NCBI GenBank assembly: GCA_026770705.1
Contig: JANJGN010000038.1
Span: 12,896,001-12,960,000, forward strand
Length of the DNA stretch: 64,000 nucleotides
Direction: 5' to 3'
Source: Isurus oxyrinchus
Lineage: Eukaryota
The notes below the pieces were generated by a model. That model saw nothing but the letters and a program-made list of their open reading frames with translations, was not told the origin of the DNA and did no database searches. Of this stretch, positions 37,605-52,100 are shown in pieces (the stretch's first letter is position 1; each line of letters begins with the position of its first letter). Position numbers and translations under genes: made by a program.

Positions 37605-38440
37605 TACACAGATTCACAGAATCACAGTGCAGAAGAGGCCCTTCGGCCCATCGAGTCTGCACCGGCACTTGAGAAACACTTGACCTACCTACCTACCTAA
37701 TCCTATTTACCAGCACTTGGCCCATAGCCTTGAATGTTATAGCGTCCCAAGGGCTCATCACTAGCCCAGGGGTCCAGACTCATCTTCTGGGGACATGGAT
37801 TCAAATCCCACCACAGCAGCTGGCGGAATTTAAATGCGATTGAGACAAGAGCCGTTTGGAAGCTGGGAATTCTGCAAATACCTGTCCACAAACTACAAGG
37901 CACATGTCAGGAGTGTGGTGGAATATTCCCCAATTCTCCGGGCAACAAGGGCAGCAAAAGCACAGGAACAACAATGGAAAGTCCCTGTTTCTTCACTATC
38001 CTTGTGTCCATATCATACAACTCCCTTCCTAGAAGCACTGTGGGTGTCCCTACAGCACGTGGACTGCAGCAGTACAAGAGGTTTGCTCACTAACACCCTC
38101 TCAAGGGCAATTGTGTTTGGCTATTGAATGTTGGTTCAGCTGGAAACGCACAAATCCCATGAATGAATAAAAAAATGGAAATGGAACTGGATCGTTACAA
38201 TTTTCATTGCTATAAACGCATCTGATTCACTAATGAACATTCGGTGAAGTAAATATGCATCCTTCCCCAGTCTGGCCTAAATGTGACTCCAGGCCCACAG
38301 CACGTGGTTCACTCTTAACTATCCTCCGACTCTGAAAATGTCTAGCCAGATATTCAGTTCCAGGACAGCGGAGCATGGGGGGAAATGCTGGCCGTGTCAG
38401 AGACGCTCACATCTCCCGGATGAATAGAGAGAAATAAATA
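37605..38440. mobile_element. Nested retroelements: CR1 3' tail (minus, 37605-37760) and a tRNA-derived SINE (plus, ~37760-38440) interrupted by a LINE 3' fragment (~37840-38175)
   Basis: B-box-like 'ggattcaaatccc' in the SINE. A reverse copy of the SINE lies at ~42180-42480, and the insert matches the reverse complement of 527-905. Confidence 0.6.
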
Positions 38441-39459
38441 CTTCAGCCTAGTGAATGATTAAAAACAACATTTGTTAAAGTACTCCCTACTGTGTTTCCA
38501 TGGGTATTGTACATAATTATTCCAGGAACTCTGTTTTATAAAGCATTTGAAGGTCGCAGAGAGGATGAAGAGGAGATTGATCCGAATGTTACTAGACCTT
38601 GGAGATCTTGAATCGTTTTCCTTAGAATAGAGGGTGTTAAGAGGGGCTTTGATCGAGGTATTTAAGACCATGAAAGGTGCTGATACGTAACGACTGGGTT
38701 ATGCCTTCCTTAAAATTACACAGGAATCTGTCTCAGATCGCAGTGCAAAAGACCTAGTCTCAATTCATGTTTTACACTAGGCCCTGTTGGAGTAAGTAAT
38801 TGCACTGATGCATACATCTCTTCACATTATACAAGACCATCTCCCTGTTTGTATCATATGAGCCACCGAAAAGGTTATTTAGCATTAAACTGTATATATT
38901 ACACTAGATGTTGTGTATCTCAGTCTCTCTATCTGTCAACCCATCTAGCTGCGTACCTGTCTGTTTGGCTGTCAGTCTATCTATCTATATTTCGAACCAT
39001 CCATCCAGCAATTTCAGATCATCTATTATCGTTAACATTTCTTGATGCGGACGTCTTTTTCAAGTTCTTGTGTGGAAAATGCCTATTTAGATTCCAAAGT
39101 GAGTTTAGCTGCGCTCAGAATTCAGTTTGAAAGTGGATTAAATCACATGGAGAATAAAGGACATCTACCCACCATTCTCTCTGTTTGTTGACAAGTGATC
39201 ACTTGTGCGTCACTGGAGTGTGTGATGATCCGTGCAAGAGGCGGTGAAAATGCAACTGTACCTATACCTAACGTGAGCATAATAAATCTATAATTCTCTC
39301 ACTTGGAATGGAATGTAACACTTTCCACTCTCAATGAAATTCAATAAAAAAAAATTGTTTCTGTTTCCATTGTTTTGTGCTGCGCGTTAACTTCACTATT
39401 TCCTCACCAGTTTCCAATACGTTTGCCATGATATAATTCAATGTTTACTGGCGTGGGTA

Positions 39460-39975
39460 AAGTGTTAGCCTAACAGAAACATGGTATAGGGCAGTAATAA
39501 CTGAGAAAGGGCCCACTGTAAAATATGATGAGATATATTTTCCAGTGCAATTTTAACAGAAACAATTATGTAAAACATTATAAATGGAGACAGGTTCCAG
39601 TGCAGTAACAACAGAGACAGGATCCAGAGTAATATTAACACATACATGTTCTAGTATAGTAATAACTGAGACGTGGTCGAGTGCGACATATAGAGCCACG
39701 GTGTATGGTTCACTAATAACTGAAACAGAGCGTTATATAATATAAATAGAGAAATGCTCTAATGTAGTAATAACTGATTTGGGGGCCGGCCTGAAACAGA
39801 GGCTTGATTAGCACAGAGTTAATTGTGTCAGAGCCTAGTGTAATAAAAATACAAATACCAGATTATGCATCCATAAATTTCACAGGTTTCAGCAAAACTA
39901 AAACTGTGACTTGAACGCAAAGAGTAATAATTGAGGCAGGATCTGGTGTAATATAAAGGGAACCAGTTGCTGGGG
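39460..39975 (-). repeat. Degenerate 27/54-bp satellite in inverted orientation
   Basis: 'taataactgaga(c/a)agggc' motifs, the reverse complement of the main array. Confidence 0.6.
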
Positions 39976-40499
39976 AAATATTTCTCTTCATCTTTACAAA
40001 TCTGCCAATATATACATTTGTTCTGAAGCTATGATCACTGGATATTGGCACAATGAACAGAAGGAACTGGTGTTCTCGGCTAATTCTCTTTCAAACCTCT
40101 CATTATCTTGGAAAAAGCGTTTAGGTTTCTGCTTAATCTTCTTTATCACAAGCAGAATGCTGCCAATTTGTGCAATTGATTGTTGTTACTAAAGACCCTG
40201 ATCCTTGTTAACAAACTCATTACCTTCCTCTGTACACTTTCTGAGACCTCAACACATTTCATACGATTTGAAAATCATTGATTTGTGCAGCACAGAAATA
40301 GGCCATTGCGCACACCCTAACCACAATGGCCTGAAATGATCTATCAAGTCTAATCCCACTTCCTAGCTTTTGTGCCAGGGCCCTTGGGGCTACAGTACTT
40401 CAAGTGAACATCCAAATATATTTTGACATGTGATGAGGGATTCGGTCTAGAACACAATTTCATGCACTGAGTCCGAAACACTATTAGACACTCCTAAGG

Positions 40500-40800
40500 A
40501 TAGACACGGGACAGTTCAGACGCAGAGTAAAGCTACCTCTACATTGGTAAATTCCTGGGTGAGGTAGAGTAAAGGTCTCTCTAAACTATCCCACCAAACA
40601 TTCTCAGGACATGTATAGCGCTGGATAGACAAAGGTCCCTCTACATGATTCGATCGAATGCTCCCAAGAATGGTGCAGCAGCAACAGATGCAGAAAAAAG
40701 ATCCCTCTACAATTTCCCATATACCATTCACAGGAAGGCATAGGAATGTTAATTTGCAGAGGAGTGCTCCCTTTAGACTGTCCCATTAAATACTCCCATG
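40500..40800 (+). repeat. Degenerate tandem repeat of roughly 50-70 bp units (agagtaaagctccctctacactgtcccatcaaacactcccagg type)
   Basis: About five decayed copies; resembles a recalled common shark repeat. Confidence 0.55.
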
Positions 40801-43139
40801 TTGTTGAGTGAACCAGACACATTTTAGAGTTAAGTTCCTTCTGTGAACAGCCATCTATTTCGTTAAAAGTCAATGAATAGGGGTGAGATTAATCTTTGAT
40901 AAGATACTGACTTCACGTTATGAGTTACAGACGCTGACACATTAATGAGAGGCCAGACACGCCCGGGATAGGGGAGAAAGGGAGACAGAGCGGGATAGAA
41001 TGCAGGAAACTCCGCAAACACATTTTCAATGCTGCTGTATACCGGATCAAAGGACGCTTCGCCAGTTTTGAACACAAAAAACATCTTTATATCGTTATCC
41101 CATAACTTATAGAAATCTTCCAACTATCAATCATTACTGGAATCCTTTGTGTGATTTGCATTTCTCTGTGTTGTGAATTCTATGCTCTGCTGGTGGGGAA
41201 ACATCTATTGTATTTCCGACGCTCAATGTTCTATTCTGAGGCGTCTATTTCTGTGTTTATTTACATAACCGCCTCACTAGTTTCAAAGTGGTGTTCATGG
41301 CAGCAGAATCAGATCAACAGTCACTTATTGATTATGTTCAGCGCAAAACAAGTTTATTTTAAGAATATTCACGGATCGTATAAGAATTGAACACAATTTT
41401 CAGAAAACCAATTGGTACAGTTGTTATTTATTTTAAAGAAAAGAAGCCATTAAATTTAAGAAAAAATGTTTCTGGAAATTCTGCTGCTTAAATCAATTAA
41501 GCATTTCTGAGCAGTCTGTTATTCCGTTGAATATCGATTGGTGAAAGGATGAACCCCTTTCACATAAACATGTTTAAATAATGAACAGAGAAATGACCGT
41601 TAATCACATTCTTCTCAGACTTTCTAACACAGCACCACGTATGTTTTGACATGTTCACTTTTAGTAAAAACTCGGTGTTTATACAGCACATTTCACCATC
41701 TCAGGAGGTCCAAAATCACATATCTCATTAACCTCATTGATGTACCTTATTTCGAATTATAATCTCTTGTGCCACGTTAGAACTACAGGAGGCAATTTGT
41801 GCACAGGAAGCTCCCACCAACAGAGATGTAATAAAAGCCCAGATCACCTGTTTATTAGTGATGTTAGTTGCGCATTAGGTATTGGTCCAGGATACCCCTG
41901 CGCTGTAAAATAGTGTCAGCGGAGAATGATGCTGAGTGTTTCCCGATTTTCTGGCCTTATTGTACATTGAGAGCATCCGTAATAGTTTACAAAGCTTTGG
42001 CCGTTGTTTTTATTTGTTCTTTTGTTGTGAACGTCGAAAACAAGGCCAGCCTTAACTGTCCTGCAATAAGTACCCTTGAGAAGGTGGCGGGGAGCCGACA
42101 CCTTCAACAGCTGCAGTTTGTGCCGTGCGCCTCTTATTTGACTTTCCAAGAAGTGCTTTGACCCAACTAAATAAATAAACCAAGGGCCGTTAAGAGTCAA
42201 CCACGTTGTTGTGGGGCTCCAGCCTCACGTAGGCCAGGCTGGTAAGGGTAAGATTTCCTCCCCGAATGACATTAGTGAACCAGTTGCAACTTCATGACAA
42301 TGAGGTTGTTCGATTATTAATACAATGAGTAATTTTATTCCAGTTTCGGATTTAGTGAATTAAATGAATGGAAATCCCGCCAGCTGCCGTCGTGGCGTTT
42401 AAATCATGTCTCTGGAGCATTTCTGATCTTCTCTGTATTACCAGCCCAGTTAATTTACCTCGATGCTGCTATTCCCTAAGACTGAGATGACATTACCATC
42501 GCCACATCTGAATGATCACCCACCTGACCATGCTTCAAACCTGCAGTTGTGGCTCTGAATAAACTCACATGGAATCGAAACGTTAACTCTGTTGCTCTCT
42601 CCTCAGACCCTGCCAGACCTGCTGAGTCTTTCCAGCACTTTCTGTTTTCAGTTCAGTAGTGGTTACTGTCCATGTATTAATGCAAGGCACTGGACATGTT
42701 GCAGTTGCTGTTTTGAAATTATAGCATTTGGTTCTATGGATATAAAGTTCAGGAGCAGGCTCCAGTCTTACACACATCAATTTAGTTGTCAGGGATCCGT
42801 TGCCTTGTAGCCCGGTGTCTTAGCCTGACTCTGTTGTAACAGTGCACTTTATTTCCATTGGCCCCATATAACAGTGTCAACGATTGTTAAATGCTAATTT
42901 CGAAGTAACAAGACAGAAGATTTCCTGGAACTTAAGTTTGCACTGCCCTTCACTCTCTGCACAACAAAAAACTGGGATTGCTCTCCTCATCAACGAGAAT
43001 CTTAGGATAGGTTTATCAGAAATGGTCCAACGTGTGAGGGATGTTTTTCAATATTTAGGGAGAAGCTGTTCCACTGGCAAATGGATCAGTGATGCTGGGG
43101 CTTATGTTAATTCGAAATTAATACACTTATTATATTGCA

Positions 43140-46100
43140 CAGTCAGATGTTTCTAATGATGTAACACTAAACCCTATCTCTCTGTATATTACACAAGTTA
43201 TGCATTAATTATAACTGCATTACTCTCTGTCCCTCTCAATATGCCACAAAGCCCTGCATCAATTGTTTCCACACCAGATTTATCCCTGGTTGACTTACAC
43301 TCCGTGCTGTGTCAGAGATTATCGCTTTATGCCCCGCTTCAGTTTTATTAAATTGGGCTCAGTATCAGTAATCCTGTTCTGTAGCAGTTGATATTAATCT
43401 AGGCCGTTTACCAGTAATCACTACACTAGACCCTGCCGCTGTTTATATGAATACAGACTTTGTATCAGTAATCACTGTAATAAACCCTGCCTAAGTGGAT
43501 ATTATCCATACCTTGTATCAGTAACCACTGAAAGAGACCCTGTCTTAGTTGATATTAATGCAAACATTGTATTAGTAATCACTGCAAGAGGCCCTGTCTC
43601 AGTTGATAGTAATCAATACCTTGTATCAGTAATCCCTGTAAAAACCATGACACACTTTATATCAATATAAACCTTGTACTGGTAATGACTGTAATAGACC
43701 CTGTCTCAGTTTATGTTAATCAATAGCATGTATCAGTCATCTCTGTAATAGACCCAGTCTCAGTTTATATTAATCCATGCCTTGCACCAATAATCACTGC
43801 AAAATACCCTTTCTCGGTTTATATAAATACAGATATTGTATTAGTAATTTCTGTAATAGAGGCTGCCTCAGTTTATAATAACACATAACCTGTTTCAGTA
43901 TTCACTGTAATACACACTGTCTCAGTTTATATTAACCCATAACCTGTTTCAGTATTCACTGTAATACACACTGTCTCAGTTTATATGAACCCATAACCTG
44001 TTTCAGTATTCACTGTAATACACATTGTCTCAGTTTATAATAACCCATAACCTGTTTCAGTATTCACTGTAATACACACTGCCTCAGTTTATAATAACCC
44101 ATAACCTGTTTCAGTATTCACTGTAATACACACTGTCTCAGTTTATATGAACCCATAACCTGTTTCAGTATTCACTGTAATACACACTGTCTCAGTTTAT
44201 AATAACCCATAACCTGTTTCAGTATTCACTGTAATACACACTGTCTCATTTTATATTAACCCATAACCTGTTTCAGTATTCACTGTAATACACACTGTCT
44301 CAGTTTATAATAACCCACAACCTGTTTCAGTATTCACTGTAATACACACTTTCTCAGTTTATATTAACACATAACCTGTTTCAGTATTCACTGTAATATA
44401 CACTGTCTCAGTTTATAATAACCCATAACCTGTTTCAGTATTCACTGTAATACACACTGTCTCAGTTTATAATAACCCATAACCTGTTTCAGTATTCACT
44501 GTAATACACACTGTCTCATTTTATATTAACCCATAACCTGTTTCAGTATTCACTGTAATACACACTGTCTCAGTTTATAATAACCCATAACCTGTTTCAG
44601 TATTCACTGTAATACACACTGTCTCAGTTTATAATATCCAATAATCTGTTTCAGTATTCGCTGTAATGCACACTGTCTCAGTTTATAATAACTCATAACC
44701 TGTTTCAGTATTCACTGTAATACACACTGTCTCAGTTTATAATAACCCATAACCTGTTTCAGTATTCACTGTAATACACACTGTCTCAGTTTATAATAAC
44801 CCATAACCTATTTCAGTATTCACTGTAATGCACACTGTCTCAGTTTATATTAACTCATAACCTGTTTCAGTATTCACTGTAATACACACTGCCTCAGTTT
44901 ATAATAACCCATAACCTGTTTCAGTATTCACTGTAATATACACTGTCTCATTTTATATTAACCCATAACCTGTTTCAGTATTCACTGTAATACACACTGT
45001 CTCAGTTTATAATAACCCATAACCTGTTTCAGTATTCACTCTAATACACATTGTCTCAGTTTATAATAACCAATAATCTGTTTCAGTATTCGCTGTAATG
45101 CACACTGTCTCAGTTTATAATAACTCATAACCTGTTTCAGTATTCACTGTAATACACACTGTCTCAGTTTATAATAACCCATAACCTGTTTCAGTATTCA
45201 CTGTAATACACACTGTCTCAGTTTATAATAACCCATAACCTATTTCAGTATTCACTGTAATACACACTGTCTCAGTTTATATTAACTCATAACCTGTTTC
45301 AGTATTCACTGTAATACACACTGCCTCAGTTTATAATAACCCATAACCTGTATCAGTTTTCACTGTAATACACACTGTCTCAGTTTATAATAACCCATAA
45401 ACTGTTTCAGTATTCACTGTAATACACACTGTCTCAGTTTATATGAACCCATAACCTGTTTCAGTATTCACTGTAATACACACTTTCTCATTTTATAATA
45501 ACCCATAACCTGTTTCAGTATTCACTGTAATACTCACTGTCTCAGTTTATTTTAACTCATAACCTGTTTCAGTATTCACTGTAATACACACTGTCTCAGT
45601 TTATATTAACCCCTAACCTGTTTCAGTTTTCACTGTAATACACACTATCTCAGTTTATAATAACCCATAACCTGTTTCAGTATTCACTGTAATACACACT
45701 GTCTCAGTTTATATTAACTCATAACCTGTTTCAGTATTCACTGTAATACACACTGCCTCAGTTTATAATAACCCATAACCTGTATCATTATTCACTGTAA
45801 TACACACTGTCTCATTTTATAATAACCCATAACCTGTTTCAGTATTCACTGTAATACACACTGTCTCCGTTTATAATAACCCATAACCTGTTTCAGTATT
45901 CACTGTAATTCACAGTGTCTCAGTTTATAATAACCCATAACCTGTTTCAGTATTCACTGTAATACACACTGTCTCAGTTTATAATAACCCATAACCTGTT
46001 TCATTATTCACTGTAATTCACAGTGTTTCAGTTTATATTAATCCATGTCTTGTATCAGTAAGCACTGAAAGAGACCCTGTCTCAGTTTTTATTAATACAA

Positions 46101-49100
46101 ACCTTGTATTAGTAATCACCATAAGAGACCCTGCCTCAGCTGATAGTAATGAATAACTTGTATCAGTAATCCCTGTAAAAACCCTGACACAGTTTATATC
46201 AATAGAGACCTTGTCTTGTTAATCACTGGAATAGACCCTGTCTCAGTTAGTATCAGCCCAGACCATGTATTGGTTATCACTGTAATAGACCCTGTCTCAG
46301 TTTATGTTAATCAGTACCATGTATCAGCAATCACTGTAATACACCCAGTCGCAGTTTATATTAATCCATGCCTTGAATCAATAATCACTGTAAAATACCC
46401 TTTCTCAGTTTATATATTCACCGATATTGTATTGGTGAATGCTGTAATGGAGCCTGTCTCAGTTTATATTAACCCATAACCTGTATCAGTATTCACAGTA
46501 ATACACACTGGCTCCATTTATTTTAATCCATGCCTTATATCAGTATTCACTTGAATAAACACTGTCGCTGTTTATATTAATGCAGATATTGTACTGGTAA
46601 TCACCTCAATAGGCCTTGTCTCAGTTTTTATTAACCTGGACCCTGTATCAGTAATCATTGTAATAGACTCTGCATAAGTTTAAATTAATTGAGACCATTT
46701 ATCAGTAATCACTGTAATCAAGCCTGTCTCAGTTTATATTAATCTAGGCCCTGTATCATTACTTAATGTATTTAACCCATTCTCAGTTTATAGTAATGCA
46801 GGCTTTATGTCGGTAACCACATTAATTGACCCTTTTTCAGTTTATCTTAATCCATACCATGTATTAGCAATTACTGTACTAGTCACTGCCTCAGTTTATA
46901 TCAATCCAGGACCTATATCAGTCATTATTGTACTAGACCCAGTCTCAGTTTATATTAATCCAGAACTGTATCAGTGATCATTGTCCTGTACTGAGTTTCA
47001 GATTATATCAATACAGACCCTGTGTCAGTAGTCGCTGTAAAACATGCTGTCTCAGTTTACACCAGTCCAGACCTTATATCACTAACACTGTAACAGAACC
47101 TGTCTCAGTTTATATTAATCTAGACCCTGTATCAGTAACCACTGTAATAGACCCTGCATCAATTGATATTATCCATATGTTGCATCAGTAACCAGTAAAA
47201 GAGACATTGGCTCACTTGATATTAATCCATGCATTGTATCAACAATCACTGAAAGAGATTCTGCCTCTCCTTATATTAACACAGACCTTGTATCAATGTT
47301 CAATGCAATGGACCCTGTCTCAGTGTATATTAACCTAGGCCCTGCATCAGAAATTATTGTACTACACCCAGTATCATATTATATCAATTCAGACCCTGTA
47401 TTAGTAGTCGCAGTAATACACCCTGTTTCAATTTACACCAGCCCAGACCTTGTATCAGTAAACACTGTAATAGACTCTGTCTCATATTATATTAACCCAC
47501 GCCTTGTATCAGTAATCACTGTAATGGATCCTGCCTCAGTTGATATTAATCTATACCTTGTATCAGTAACCACTGAAAGAGACCCTGCCTCAGTATATAC
47601 TAATACAGGCCATGTATAGTAATCACTGAAATAGACCCTTTGTACGTCTATAGTAATCCATACATTGTAACAGCAATCATTGAAATAGGCCTTCCCTCAT
47701 TTTATATTAATCTAGGCCCCGTATTAGTAATTACTGTAATAGACCCTACCTCAGTTGATGTTAATCCATGCCTTGTATCAGTCACCACTAAAAGAGACCC
47801 TATCTCCATTTATATTAATGCAGACATTATATCATCAGTCACTGTATAAGACCCTCTTTAAGTTTATTTCAATCCATACATTGTAACAGTAATCAGTGTA
47901 ACAGACCCTGTCTCTGTTGATATTAATCAATGCATTGTATCAGTGACCACTGAAGTAGACTGTGGCTCAGTTTATATCAATACAGGCCTTGTGTTAGTAA
48001 TCACTGTAATAGATCATGTCTCTGCTAATCTTAATTCACACCATGTATCAGTTATCATTGTAATTGACTCTGTCTCAGTACATATTATCCCCATACCCTG
48101 CATTAGTAATCACTGCAATAGACCCTGTCTTAGTTGATATGAAACAATAACTTGTATCAGTAGTCACTGTAATAAACCCTGCCTCAGTTTATGTAAATTG
48201 ATACCCTGTATCAATGATCACTGTAATAGGCCCTGCCTCAGTTCAAATTAATCCATACCTTGTATCAGCAAACCCTGTCTCACTTTACATTAACACAGAC
48301 CTTGTCTCAGTAATCAGTGTAAAAGACCCTGACTCAGTTTATATCAATCCATACATTGTTATAGTAATCGCTAGAACAGACCCTGTCTGTGTTGTTATTA
48401 ATTAATACCTTGAATCAGTGATCACTGAAGTAGACCCCGACTCAGTTTATATCAATACTGACCTTGTCTCGGTAATGGCTGGAATAGACCCTATCTCAGT
48501 TTATATCAATCCAGGTCTTGTATTGGTGATCACTGTAATAGACCCTGTCTCAGTTTCTTATAATCCATACCATGTATCAATAATAAATCTAACAGACCTT
48601 GTCTCACTTTATTTTAATCCATACCTTGTATCAGTAATCACTGTAATGGACCATGTTTCATTTTATATTAATACAGGCCTTGTATCATTAATGACAGTAA
48701 AAGACCTTATTTCAGTTTATATCAATCCAAATATTTTAACAATAACCACTGTAACAGACCCTGTCTCTGTGATATTAATCAATACCTTGTATCAGTAATC
48801 ACTGAAGTAGATGCTGACTAAATCTATATTAGCACAGATCTAGTCTCGATAATGACGGGAATAGACTCTGTCTCAATTTATATCAATCCAGACCTTGTAT
48901 TATTAATCACTGAAAGAGACATGGTCTCTATTTACCTGAATCTAGTCCATGTATCAGTAAGAACTGTAACAGATACTGTCCCAGTTTATTTTAATCCATA
49001 CCTTGGATCAGTAACCACTGAAAGAGACCCTGTCTCAGTTTATATTAATACTGAACTTGTCTCATTAATCACTGTAAAAGACCCTGTCTCGGTTTAAATC

Positions 49101-52100
49101 AATCCATGCATTGCAACATTAATCATTGCAACAGACCCTGTCTCAGTTGAAATTAATTGATATCTTGTATCAGTAATCACTGAAGTAGGCCCGGACTCAG
49201 TTTAGATCAATCAAAGCCTTCTCTTGGCAACCACTGTAATAGAGCCTGCCTCTGTTTTAATTAATCCACACTCTGTATCTGTAAGCATTGTAAGAGACCC
49301 TGTCTCAGTTTATTTCAATTCATACCATATAACAGTAAGTACTGTAGTAGGCCTTGTCTCATTTTATATTAATACAGACCCTGTATCAGGAATCACTGTA
49401 ATAGCCTCTATCTCAGTTGATATGAATCCATATCTTGGATCAGTGTAAACACTGTAATAGACCCTGTCTCAGATTATATTAATAGAGACATTGTATTGGT
49501 AATTAATGTAATAGAACCTGTTCCAGTTTATGTTAATCCAAGACTTTTATCAGTAATCAATGCAATAGACTATGTCTCCATTTATAGTAATGCAGGCCTT
49601 GTATCAGTTATCAGTGTAATAGACCCTGTCTCAGTTCATATAAATACGGACATTGCTTTGGTAATTACTGTAATAGTACCTGTCTCAGTTTATATTAATC
49701 AATAAGTTGTATCATTACTCACTGAAATAGACGCTGTCCTGAGTCCATATTAATGTAGATCCTATATCAATAATCATTCTGATTGACACTGTCTCCATTT
49801 ATATTAATCTAGACCCTGTATCAGTAATCACTGTAATAGACCCTGTCTCAGTTCATATTGATACTGACTGTGAATTAGTAATTAGTCTAATAGATGCTGA
49901 CTCAGTTTATATTAATCTAGACCTTGTTTGAATAATCGTTGTAATAGACCCTGTTTCAGTTTATATTAATCTAGACCCTGTATTAGTAATCACTGTAATA
50001 GACCCGATCTCAGTTGATATTAATCCATGCCTTGCATCGGTAATCACTGTATTAGGCCTTCTCTCAGTTTATATTAATCTTGATCCTGTATCACGAATCA
50101 TTGTAATAGGCCCTGTCTCAGTTGATATTAATCAAAACCTTGAATCAGTAATCACTGATGCTGACCCTGACTTAGTTTATATCAATACTGGCCTTCTATT
50201 GGTAATCACAGTAATATACCTTGTCTCAGTTTATATTAATTCAGATCTCGTATTGGTAATTATTCTAATGGACCCTGCCTTAGTTTATATTAATCTAGAC
50301 TCTGTATCAGAAATCAATGTAACAGACCCTGTCTGAGTTTATTTTAATCCATACCATATATCATTAATCATTGTAATAGGCCTTGTCTCAGTTTATATTA
50401 ATCCATAACTTGTATCAGTAATTCCTGTCTCAATTTATATTAAGCCAGACGCTGTATCAGTAATCACTTTAACTGACCCTCTATCAATTGATATGAATCC
50501 ATATCTTGCATCAATATGCTCTGTAATAGGCACTGTCTCAGTTTATATTAACACAGACATTGCATTGGTAATTACCGTAATAAATCATGTCTCAGTTTAT
50601 GTTAATCTAAAAACTTGTATCTGTAGTCACTATAACAAGCTCTGTCTCAGTGATATTAATCCATACCTTATATCAGTAATCGCTAATTAAGACAGGCATT
50701 CTATTGGTAATTACTGCAATAGGCCCTGTCCTTAGTCTGTATTCATCTAGATTCTGTATCAATAATCATTGTGAATGACCCTGTCCCTGTCTCCATTTAC
50801 ACTAATCTAGACTGTGTTTACTAAGCACTGTAATAGACCCTGCCTCAGTTGTTATTAATCCATACCTTGGGTATCAATAACAACTGTTAGATACCCTCTC
50901 TCAGTTTATAGTAATACAGGCATAGTTTTTTGTAATTAATGTAATACACCCTTTCTCAGTGGATATTAAGCCATTACTTGTATCACTAATTACTGCAATA
51001 AACTCTGTTCATCAATTTATTAATCCATACCCTTCATCAGGAATGACTGTAATACACCCTGTCTCAGTTTATGTAAATCCATTACTTGTAATAGTAATTA
51101 CTCCAATAGACCTTGACACAGTTTATATTCATCTAGACCCTGTATCAGTCATCACTGAAATTGACCCTGACTCAGTTGATGTTAATTGACACCTTGTATC
51201 AGTAACCACTGTAATAGACCATGCCTTGGTTTATATTAATGCAGACCTTGTCTCAGTAATCAAAATAAAAGTACCTGTCTCAGTTGATATTAATCAATAC
51301 CTTGTATCAGTAATCATTGAAGTAGACTCTGAATGAATTTATATCAATCCAACCTTGTATTGGTAATCACTGTAATAGACAATGTCTCTGTTTATATTAA
51401 TCTAGGCCCTGTGTTGGTAGTCATTGTAACAGGCCCTTTCAAGTTATGTTAATCAGTACCATATATCAGTAATCAAAGTAAAAGACCTTGTCTCAGTTTA
51501 TGCTAATCCAGACACTGTATCAGTAATCACTGTGATAAACCCTATCTCAGTTGATACAAATCCATGCCTTTTATCTGTAATCATTGTAATAGACCCTGTC
51601 TCAGTTTAAATTAATCCATAATTTGTATCAGTAATCACTGTAACAGACCCTGTCTCAGTTTATATTAGTACATACCTTGTTTCAGTAATCACTGTGATAG
51701 ACCATGTTTCGGTTTATATTAACATAGACATTGTATTGGCAATTACTGTAATAGACCCAGTGCTAAGTCTATATTAATGTAGATCTTGTATCAATAATCA
51801 CTGTGATTGACCCTGTCTCCATTTATATTAATCTAGACTCTGTATCAGTAATCACTGTAATAGACCCAGATATAGACCCTGCCTCAGGTTATATTATTCT
51901 AGACCATGTATCAGTAATTACCATAATAGACCCTGTCATAATTGCTATTCATCAATACTTTGTATCAGTAATCACTGAAGTAGACAATGCCTATGTTTGT
52001 ATCCATCCAAGCCTTGTATTGGTAATCATTGTAATAGACCTTGTCTCACTTTATATTAATCCATACCCTGTATCAGTAATCACTGGAAGAGACCCTGTCT

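Noticed and set aside
43887-46040. Regular repeat array resembling CRISPR
   Set aside because: Units are head-to-tail with no unique spacers, there are no cas genes, and the context is vertebrate.
43887-46040. RSS-like words in the satellite (CACTGT heptamer-like, ATAATAACC nonamer-like)
   Set aside because: The spacings are 7, 9 or 19 bp, not 12 or 23.
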